From Convolutriloba macropyga (taxonomy: Eukaryota), in contig NC_134477.1 in assembly GCF_964194025.1 (NCBI RefSeq), forward strand, positions 10,478,001 to 10,542,000: DNA of 64,000 nt, given 5' to 3'. Shown here piece by piece: positions 55,268-64,000 of the stretch; position 1 is the first letter of the stretch, and each line of letters starts with the position of its first letter. The notes under the pieces were generated by a model. The model was not told the origin of the DNA. It saw only the letters and a list, made by a program, of their open reading frames with translations, and made no database searches. A program made the position numbers and the translations under genes.

Positions 55268-55449
55268 GTTCGATGCGTGATAAGCAGAGCCAAGCACATG
55301 CCAGTTACAGATTGGGGTTCAGGAGGTCCCTGTTTGAAAAGAGGAAACAACTCTGTGACTTGGCCCTCATTCTGGCTGCCCTGGGTATTGCTCTTATGGT
55401 ACTCGACAACGAACTCTACACTTTCCAGTCACAATATGGGGAGAGAAAG
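55268..55449 (+). CDS. KCNN: SK (KCa2/KCNN) Ca2+-activated K+ channel exon: HA helix and S1
   Basis: YRLGFRRSLFEKRKQLCDLALILAALGIALMVLDNEL matches the SK hallmark [37 protein letters not shown]. CTAG acceptor, AAG|GTGTGT donor. Confidence 0.93.
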
Positions 55450-55463
55450 GTGTGTAGATGTCA

Positions 55464-56205
55464 CCCGGGCAGAATGAAAGTCATAGTGTTGTCGTAGAGT
55501 TCCCATAAATGGAAAGTTGTAGCCACAGAAATCCTATTTATGAAAACCCGGGCCGAGGATTTTCCCCAAAAATAACGGGGAAAAGAGTGTAAAGAGTGTA
55601 TAAATAAAAAAATTACCCCCCTATTTCTCCGCTTAATTAAGGGTGGAAGAGTGTAATTATAGGAGTGTAATTTTAAAAAATAAAGGTGGAAGGAGTTAAT
55701 GAGGATTGATCCCCCATCTTCCCCCTGTCGAACATGTTACTTCAATTGTCTGCATTGATCATTGCGCCAACTGACACTAGGATCAAATGTTTCAATTTGG
55801 TTATATTAGTAATTGTGTAAGAGTGTAATTTTTTATCAGTCCACCCTAAATTACACTCTTTGTAAAGAGTGTAAAAAGAGTGGAGAAAAGAGTGTAAATA
55901 AAGTGTAATTTTTTAAAATTACACTCTTACCCTCTTTTCCCCTATAAATAGCAGTGGAATACGCACTACACCCTAATCCCCGCTAATTAGGGGTGGATTA
56001 GGGGTGAAACCTCGGCGCGGGAAGTTGTAGTCAAAGAAATCGTACTTATGGAAAGTTGTAGCCACAGAAATCCCATTTATGGAAAATTTGTAGTCATAGA
56101 GCCTTCTTTTATGACAAAGTTGTATATAGTTTTGCTTATATTTCAAAATTTTTGATTTGGAGTCAACGAATAATATTGAAGATTAAAACTTTTTGTCAAC
56201 CCGGG
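55464..56205. mobile_element. Outer CCCGGG-ended element carrying a 31-bp tandem array
   Basis: CCCGGGCAGAATGAAAGT ... ACTTTTTGTCAACCCGGG imperfect TIR. Unit GAAAGTTGTAGCCACAGAAATCCTATTTATG. Confidence 0.5.
55547..56021. mobile_element. Nested 475-bp MITE, CCCG termini, AA TSD
   Basis: CCCGGGCCGAGG ... CCTCGGCGCGGG (11/12). Internal GAGTGTAA/TTACACTC repeats in both orientations. Interrupts a 31-bp unit and adds exactly 2 bp. Confidence 0.8.
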
Positions 56206-56548
56206 TAATCCATAGAAAAAAGTTATGATATTGGAAGGGCTACTAACTTATATAATTGGTCTTATAATTTTGGTAAGTTTTCTAAGGTAACTTTTCAAAA
56301 TTTAACCAACGGTGGGCCAATTTGGGCGGCCTAATAAGATGTGGGCAGTGATGGTCTGAACAAATGCAACTATCAATTTGATCATTATTTTTTATATTTT
56401 ATTTTTGATCTATAATAAATAACTCATTATGATTAGTCATTTACTATTATTTAACTTCTAAGTATTTAACCTAACAGTTATGCTTGATAGTTTACATAGT
56501 TTAGTTCAAAAAATTAAACTTTTACTTTGATAAAAAAAGACTCCAATT

Positions 56549-57310
56549 TCCGGGTCGCCAATTCTTTGTAGTCATACAAGGTTCATATATGATGCCATAC
56601 AAATCATAACGTATTTCCTAGTACAATCTTTGTATGACTAATAAGAAATCATCCTTGCATGATTACCAAGAATGATACATCTAATTTTGATTCGGAAAAA
56701 CATCATCTATGTGATTCCACGGCATCACTTTGTGATCTGCCAAAAGACTCTAACGTACAATCTAATTAGCAACGCTGAGCACTAAATAAAATAGTAAGTC
56801 CAAACACATAACTTAAGTATTAATATTCTCTGAAGCCAGTTGATACCTATAAATGACCATTTAAAAGAAACAAAAAAAATTGCGTATGACCCCAAATTCG
56901 TTTTGTGAATATCTTCAAATTGCAAAGTTATTCTTTTAGCGCACTTAAAGAATCAAATGTGGATTGCAAATGCGACACAATAATTTAATATGTCCTCTGA
57001 CTACATTATACAGGATTTTATGGCACCATTCAAGGTTTTATGTGTCATATATATGAGCTTGTATGATTTCCAAGAAATTTTTTGAACTTTGATAGAAAAT
57101 GAAAATTATACAGTTTTTAGGCTCTGAAATTTATTGTATGATCCCTTCATGATTTCTGAGAAATCATATATAGACCTTGTATGACTATTCATACAAATCA
57201 TATATAACATAGTATGATTTCTAAGAATCATTTACAAGAATCATTTCTAAGAATCATATACAAGAAACCTTGTATGACTACTACGATTTTTGTATAGTGA
57301 GCAGGCCGGG
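56549..57310. mobile_element. CCCGG-family non-autonomous element, TT TSD
   Basis: TT|TCCGGG ... GCCGGG|TT. Subterminal inverted repeat GTAGTCATACAAGGTT / AACCTTGTATGACTAC and many TATGA/TCATA motifs. Confidence 0.6.
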
Positions 57311-57502
57311 TTATAGAATCTAATATAGCCTTCTGGTAAAAAGGGAAAGAGTTAAGAAAGACGGAAATAATTTCTCCAATGAAAAAACTAAATACAAATT
57401 ACTGCATGATATCATATTGCATTGGAGGCGACAGACAACGAGGTTATTATACACACCCACTTTCAGTATACACCAGAGTTGCCATAACTTCATCTGTTTC
57501 AG

Positions 57503-57634
57503 CCCACTGGTTCTTCAGATGAAGAGAGTAACTCCTATTGGGACACAGTGTTGATTGTGATCAAACTGGGCATTAGTCTTAGCACACTCATGTTGGTCGG
57601 AAGCATCATAGCCTACCACGCCAGGGAAATACAG
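57503..57634 (+). CDS. KCNN: SK channel exon: S1-S2 loop and S2
   Basis: IKLGISLSTLMLVGSIIAYHAREIQ matches SK [31 protein letters not shown] acceptor, CAG|GTCAGT donor, 132 nt, phase 0-0. Confidence 0.95.
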
Positions 57635-57964
57635 GTCAGTTGTCGAGAAAATTTACAGACTACCGTGCCAGAGCTGCCGGGACTATGTTTTTGGATAGCA
57701 TGGCAGATTATTGGGGTAGTTTGGCATAGCAAACATTCTGGCTCGTTTTAAATTATTTTCATTTTGCTTTATGTTCTTGTTGCATGAGGAAGGTTTATAT
57801 TCTTGTCGAGAATGTTCATTCAGAAGGACATATTAAATCATAAGGCCAATTCTACGGCAAAGTGCCTAATTAACAATGAACTAGTATGAGACCACCGATA
57901 ACAGTACTAAATCGTACACCAATTCTTACTGGAGCCCATGTTGTCAAATAGGTTACACAAAATA

Positions 57965-59198
57965 CAATATGGTACCAAAAAGCTACGTACACATGAAGAT
58001 TTTTTAAAAAAGCAATAGAAGCACCAAATGATACAACATTTTGAGTTCAAATTTACTCTCTAATAACGTGTCATTGCACGTTTAACTTTTTTAACGTCTA
58101 GAAGGTTTATATAGTTTTCATACAGGTTTCTCACGACGTCTGAGTCAATTTCATTCCAAATTTCATACAATTTTTCTTTTAAGTTTTCCCAAAAAACTGT
58201 CTGTTTTCGTAATCGTCGCTTCAAGATTGCCCATAAATTTTCAATACGATTCAGATCTGGACTGTATGTTGGCAATTTTAGTACCTTCCACTAGTTTTCT
58301 TGGAAAAAATTGCCAATAATCTTTGATTTATGCACAGGAGCATCATCTTGTTGAAGAATAATGTCCAAGAAGTGCATATTTTCTTTGTCATTTTTCAAAA
58401 TTTCCACATAACCGACAGCATTTAGCTTGTTTGGGCACTTAACAAGCAATTTCCGGCAATCTGATCGTATTGCACCCCAAAACATAAGTGATCGTTTGTG
58501 TTTTTGTTTCAAGAAATCTCGTTCCGTTTCCTCGAAAAATTCTAACAATTCCGTCGCTGGAGATGCACACCCTGTTTTCAAAAAAACATTCTGCCAGAAA
58601 GGGAAAGACTTCTTGAGCACATTGATGCACCATTTTGAACGAAAGTACATGCTTTTCTTCTTCAAACTGACTTTTTTTGCGACAATTCCTGAAAAAAACG
58701 CCATTTTTTGAGAATTCGTCTAACTGTACAAAGTCGTCTATGTAAATTGTATCGTAGCAAGATAACACGTTATGTCATACTATAATGCGCTCCAGTGAGG
58801 TTTTGGGATCTTTCAAAACATCGGTACCCAACTTTTTTTCTGATTTTTTGACAATTTTGGGGGTCTTCCGCTCAAATTTTGGGCCTCGAAACCACTACTT
58901 TTCAAATAACGATTGTATGAATACTGTGCACAGGAGCTTGATTTCAAGTTGAGTTGCTTTTGTATTTTAGATCATGAAAATCCGATATCTCGTAGCGTAA
59001 CAACTTGGCAAAAGCGGAAAGAACAAAGCGGTTTAACCATCTTTTCTGTTTAAGCCGAGAAAGTGAGAATAAAATTTCTCTTCAAACTTCTAAATTTCAT
59101 ACCTTTTTTCACGCCTTATCGCAAATCATGCTTATGAAGCACGAATTATGCTTTAAAAGCAGAAATCATGCTGTATGTAGCTTTTTGGTACCATAGTG
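57965..59198 (-). mobile_element. Tc1/mariner element (DD34E), complete, 1234 bp
   Basis: 27-bp TIRs CA(A/C)TATGGTACCAAAAAGCTAC(G/A)TACA flanked by TA on both sides (57963-64, 59199-200). Confidence 0.93.
58060..59040 (-). pseudogene. Tc1-family transposase, inactivated
   Basis: MVKPL... HTH region with SGRPPK. Catalytic region MFWGAI, QQDDAPVH, SPDLNRIENLW with 34 residues between D and E. In-frame stops and frameshifts. Confidence 0.9.
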
Positions 59199-59435
59199 TA
59201 AATAATTTGAAATTGTATAATTTTAATACCTGTAGAGGTGGTACTAGCCATTACACTTTGTATATACCAGCATTATAAAGTTGTTAAATAATACTTATAG
59301 ACGGTCATAATTTACTCAGGGGAAATAGTTCCATCGTTCGTTTAGTTTGAACTATCTGGGTAAACTTTTGGTAATTTTTTGTGTGTATTTTAGCATTGGG
59401 TAATTTATTCTGGCAACATTTAAACGTTTTTTCAG

Positions 59436-59815
59436 CTGTTCATGGTGGACAACTGTGTGGACGACTGGCAAATAGCATTAACATCAGACCGAATATCCCA
59501 AATCACAGCTGAGATCATAGTTTGTTCAATACACACACCCCCAATTCGTCAATTGAACCAAGATCACGTGACCTTACAACTCCTCCTATCAACTCTTATG
59601 TTTTCACGACTGTATCTGATTGGTCGAGCGATGCTACTGCATAGTAAATTGTTCACAGATGCGTCTTCGAGGAGTATAGGTGCGCTTAATAGGATCAACT
59701 TCAACACGAGGTTCGTCATCAAAACCCTGATGACAATTTGCCCAGGAAGTGTCATGATGGTGTTGACGGTTTCCCTGTGGTTTATCCTCAGTTGGGTCAT
59801 GCGTATTTGTGAACA
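59436..59815 (+). CDS. KCNN: SK channel exon: S3, S4, S4-S5 linker, S5
   Basis: LFMVDN..DDW and [39 protein letters not shown] are near-identical to SK1-3. TTTCAG acceptor, CA|GTGAGT donor. Confidence 0.97.
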
Positions 59816-60017
59816 GTGAGTATTGTTACTTTTATCCTTTTAAAGCACTATAATGCCCTCTCAGGGTACGACGACAGTCCTAAACAACGCCTGATTATGT
59901 CATACTGGATGAAACTAACAACTATTAAGATGTCATTCGACTCTAGTCAAAGTTTATGCATAACCATTGGGTCCACATAAATTTTTTAAAATCATCCGTG
60001 TAATGGCGACTGCTAAT

Positions 60018-60084
60018 TTGAGTAAAATGGCGTTGGGTAAAATGGCGTTGGGTAAAATGGAATAGGATAAATTGTCGTGTAACC
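60018..60084. repeat. 15-bp tandem repeat (GGGTAAAATGGCGTT)
   Basis: About 4 units ending in GTGTAACC. A similar motif occurs inverted around 10525-10730. Confidence 0.7.
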
Positions 60085-60234
60085 GTTGTGACAGTAGAGC
60101 AGTGTTAGACTAATGTCACACCGTTCTCAATTGTCCTTTTCATGTCTTTTCTTGTTATGGTTCGCATTTCAAAGTGCTCTTTTCGCGATCATTATTTCTT
60201 TTTTGATGGCTCTTTTGAAGCCACTTTTTGTCTG

Positions 60235-60514
60235 CCCGGGTTGGCCACCATAACAGAAACTTACTAACCACAACTAGCACCATATATGAAATCTTTTCCT
60301 ATCCTAAAACGTGTCAAGTTTAAAAGAAGCCTTGTTTAAATTACCCTTTTGAAATATGCAAGAGAAAGATCACTCCCCATAAAAATATTGCCATCCATAA
60401 AAGTTACCATATAAGGAAAGTTATTTAAAATAGCAAGAATGAAACGGAATTTTTATGGACTTTTATGAACCATTTATGGTTCGTTTTATGGTAAGTAAGT
60501 TTGGTCAGCGCGGA
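60235..60514. mobile_element. CCCGG-family MITE, TG TSD
   Basis: TG|CCCGGGTTGGCCA ... TGGTCAGCGCGGA|TG. Subterminal AAACTTACT(A/T)ACCA inverted pair. Confidence 0.55.
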
Positions 60515-60819
60515 TGTGCCAACGCTGGATCCAGGATTGGCCAAGCTAAGGTCAAATTGACGCTGTGCTTAAGTGACCCCTCATTTTCACATAAACAACG
60601 CATTCAACCGTTAATTTTTGTCGTGTGAGTGACATACTAAAAAAATGGTATAAAGATGAAGAATGCTCTCGTATTTCTTCTCTTTTATGACTTATCAATC
60701 AAACAACTAATCACAGCAAAGAGTAGTAATTAGCAAACATGATAAGAGCGAGAATTGAATTGAACTGAAATTGAAATAAACCAGCAACAGTCAATCGAAA
60801 GATTAATTCGATTAGAACT

Positions 60820-61344
60820 TGTTAGCAGGATTACGAACACTGTAGCGCAACAACCCCGATGAGGCGGGACGAGTTTTGGCACGTTAGAGATTGAAGCTGT
60901 TAAAGCTCAAAAGATATTTGAGAGAATAAGAATTAATTTTAGGAGATTCAAAAGAGAAGAAAATTGTGAAGATTTTAGCAAAAATCAGCGGTATATATAG
61001 TCTAAAAGATAAATATAACATTTACAGTGTACATTTGTTAAAAGGTTAATGTATCAAAAATCAGGCGATTTTGAGGCGTATGAGTGGGCGTCATTTCATT
61101 ATTACATGCAAAATTTACTTCACTTGAGATGGTTCACAAAGTTGCATTTCCTATTCAATATTAGTAGATAAATATCAATTTTTGACAAACATACAGATCT
61201 CAACTGATTTACATTCATTTTCTAAATTGTGAGCTGCAGTTTTCGTTATAAATCTGGTAAGTTCGTTTTCTTTCTGAGTTTATCAACATAAGTTAAGTTT
61301 CTAAGCTCTAAGATATTTTCTAAGTTCTTTTCTGTGCTCCAATA
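60820..61344 (-). repeat. 3' LTR of copia element (~525 bp)
   Basis: Starts TATTGG right after the PPT GAGTGGGGG (61345-61353, minus). Contains TATATATA and ends CTAACA. Far boundary inferred; second LTR not visible. Confidence 0.7.
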
Positions 61345-64000
61345 CCCCCACTCAGATTGTTGCCGCTAGGTGAGAATCTGGACTCGCCCAATAGTTGTTC
61401 TCGATGTTGTTCTACTTTCTGCTGTGGCAAAGATTTTGTCAGAAGATCTGCTGCCATTTCATCTGTTGGCGTGTAGATCAATTTGATTGAGTTGTCATCA
61501 ACTCGTTCTCGGATGAAATGATATTTCGTGTCGATGTGTTTTGATCATTTGCGAAGCACCGGGTTTGTTGCAAGCTTTATGCAACTCTGGTTGTCCTCTC
61601 CAATGGTTGTGGGCTCAAACTGTTCGTACCCTAGTTCTCTGAGAAGACCACGCAAGAAGACGGCTTCTTGCACCGCGGCAGCTAAACCCTGGTATTCTGC
61701 CTCACAAGATGAGAGTGACACTGTCGGTTGCTTCTTGACTTGCCAACTGACAGATCCCCCACTGTCTCCCAGCTTGAAATAGTATCCTGTGGTCGATCGT
61801 CTATCATTTACATCTCCACTCCAGTCTGCATCTGTTTCGCCAACTAGAGTGCTGTTGCTGGTTGATGGGAAAAAGAGTCTAAGAGATTTAGTATGTTGTA
61901 GGTATCTCAACACGCGCTTGCCATCATTGAAATGCTCAACAGTTGGGTCATTCATGAAGCGTGATAAGACATTTGTGATCCACATGATATCTGGTCTTGT
62001 TTGCTTAGCTAGGTAAAGTAATGAACCTACTAGACTTCTAAACTCATGTGAATCTACTCTTACTGAATCTTCCTGAGCTATTTCAAGTTTTAGGTTATTT
62101 TCTGCTGGCGTTTTGCTTGGTTTGCAGTCTTGCATATTGAATTGTTCTAAAATGTTTTGAGTGTACTTTTCTTGATCTAAAGTTATTCCTTTTTCTGTTT
62201 TCAGAATTCTCATTCCGAGAAACCATTCAAGATCTTCTCTGTCGTCCATTTTAAACTTTGATTCGAGTGAACTTTTCAGTTTATCGATCTCGGTTTGACT
62301 GTTTCCTGCTATGACTAAGTCATCAACCCAGGTTAGAACATAAAGTTTGTCATTTTCTTTGTTTTTTAGAAAAAGACAGTAATCGTGTTTACTTCTCTCA
62401 AAACCTTGCTGAATTAGAAAATTTGAAAGCTCCTGATACCAATTTTTGGCTGCTTGCTTCAGTCCATATATTGATTTTTTAAGCTTACAAACTAACTTGT
62501 TGCCATTGCTGTCTAACTTTTCAAAACCTTTTCGTTGCTCTAGATAGACTTCTTCGTCTATTTTAGGATGCAAATAAGCTGCTTTTACATCCATTTGTTT
62601 TAAAAAGAAGTTTTCAATAGCTGATAAAGCTAGTAGAATTTTAAAGGTTTCAGGTTTGCTTGTGGGAGCAAAGGTATCCGAATATTCAATTCCCTCAATT
62701 TGTTTAAAACCTTTTGCTACATAACGAGCTTTAAACTTATCAATATTTCCGTTTGAATCATGTTTAATTTTGTACACCCATCGGCCAGGAATAATATTTT
62801 GTCCTTTTTCTTTTGGAACTAAGTCCCAAGTTTCTGTTTCATTTAAACTTTCTATCTCTGTTTTCATTGCTTCAAGCCATTTGTCTTTTTGTTCCGAATT
62901 AATAGCGTTTTCAAAATTTTCAGTCTCGATGAAATGTTTTGTTAATGTGCTTTGAATAGCATGAGAATAGCTTTTACCAAAACGTTCCGGAGGCGCTCTA
63001 GACCTATCACCTCGCTTAAGTTCTCTATCTTGAGCTGCTTCCTTTCTCAATCTTTTCATTTCATCGTACTCTGACCAAAGTTGGAAGGTCTTTTGATCTC
63101 CTGAAGGAATTGCTTTTGACCTAGCTTATCTATCATTTGCAGTCTTGAGGGTGGTTTTACTTTTTTCTGTTGTGAGTTTTTGACCGGTACTGGAATTTTT
63201 GAAGGCTTTCTTTCTACTTTTTTCACTGCAACATTTGGATTAAACTTTACATTAATTTTGGATTTTGGTTTGACGCTAGGACTTGGTTTTTCTTCTTTAA
63301 TTTCTTGATCAACTTCAGTTTCTGTATTGTTTTCACTTTCATGAATGCTCTCTGTTTCAGTTAACTCAATCTCTGAACTTAACTCACTTGAGGTGCTTGT
63401 ATCCTGAAGTTCTTCTCTTACTTCGTCTAAGTCTAGATATAGAAAGCTGTCTTCTATATCTTCGGTTTCATTATGAAAACCTGGTAGATTGTTTTCATTG
63501 AACTTAACGTTTCTAGAAGTAAAAATTTGCCTAGTTTTTAAGTTTTGCAACAAATAAGCTGTCGTGTTATCAGAGTAACCAATGAACAGGCACTTTGTTG
63601 CTTTTGGATCAAATTTTGATTTCTTACTGGCATCACGATTTTTTGAATAGGCTGCACAACCAAATATTTTTAAATGGTCGCTTCTTGGTTTTCTACCAAA
63701 AAATTTTTCGAAGGCTGATTTTGTATTTTTGTCTTTGACAACTAAATTTCTAGCATAACATGCTGTATCTACTGCTCGAACCCAATAGCTTTTTGGCAAT
63801 TTTGAATCTATTAAAAGGCATCTTGCAGCCTCTACTACTGTTCTATTAAAACGTTCTGCAACACCGTTTTGCTCGGGTGTTTCAGGAACTGTGAACTCAC
63901 GAGCTATTTCTTTGCTTATGCAAAATTTTTTAAAGGCTTTGTTTTTGTTTTCTGTTCCATTATCAGTTCTCAAAATTTTTGGTCGGCCATATTGTGCAAC
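61320..64000 (-). pseudogene. pol: Copia pol (integrase, RT, RNase H) with one frameshift and one nonsense codon
   Basis: IN: RTDNGTE, PEQNGVAERFNRT, FIGY. RT: KARYVAKGF, QMDVKAAYL, LKKSIYGLKQA, WVDD. RH: DADW, SSCEAEY, EDNQS, K*SKHID, ADLLTK. Frameshift in 63060-63125, TGA at 61545-61547, natural stop at 61320. Confidence 0.93.

Larger units (their letters stand above)
60820..64000 (-). mobile_element. Ty1/copia LTR retrotransposon, 3' half (5' part beyond window)
   Basis: Integrase-RT-RNase H domain order, polypurine tract and 3' LTR. Confidence 0.95.

Noticed and set aside
63056-63059. ATGA stop-start overlap between the integrase and RT ORFs suggesting coupled translation
   Set aside because: Copia pol is a single polyprotein and the RT frame is open ~20 codons upstream of this ATG, so a simple frameshift mutation explains it.

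Overview
AT-rich, repeat-dense animal (invertebrate-type) genomic DNA with several N gaps. It is not prokaryotic: there are no operons, rRNA, tRNA or CRISPR. The backbone is one + strand, multi-exon gene for a small-conductance Ca2+-activated K+ channel (SK/KCNN). Three clearly recognisable exons (55268-55449, 57503-57634, 59436-59815) encode the HA helix to S5. Four upstream GT-AG exons (3967-4138, 7828-8059, 10149-10386, 20500-20670) splice in frame to them and encode a long Ser/Pro-rich N-terminus. The pore, S6 and CaM-binding exons should lie beyond the window. The introns are filled with transposons: (i) at least five copies of a non-autonomous rolling-circle (Helentron/Helitron2-like) family, the intact ones 2.7-3.2 kb, including a head-to-tail junction; (ii) a degenerate CR1/L2-group LINE whose ORF2 continues in frame with ORF1 across a TGA-CTA readthrough-type junction; (iii) several CCCG-ended non-autonomous DNA transposons with 2-bp target duplications; (iv) a complete but dead DD34E Tc1 element; (v) the 3' half of a Ty1/copia LTR element. 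There are also three tandem duplications and several micro/minisatellites. All coordinates were read by eye, and comparisons with human proteins are from memory.
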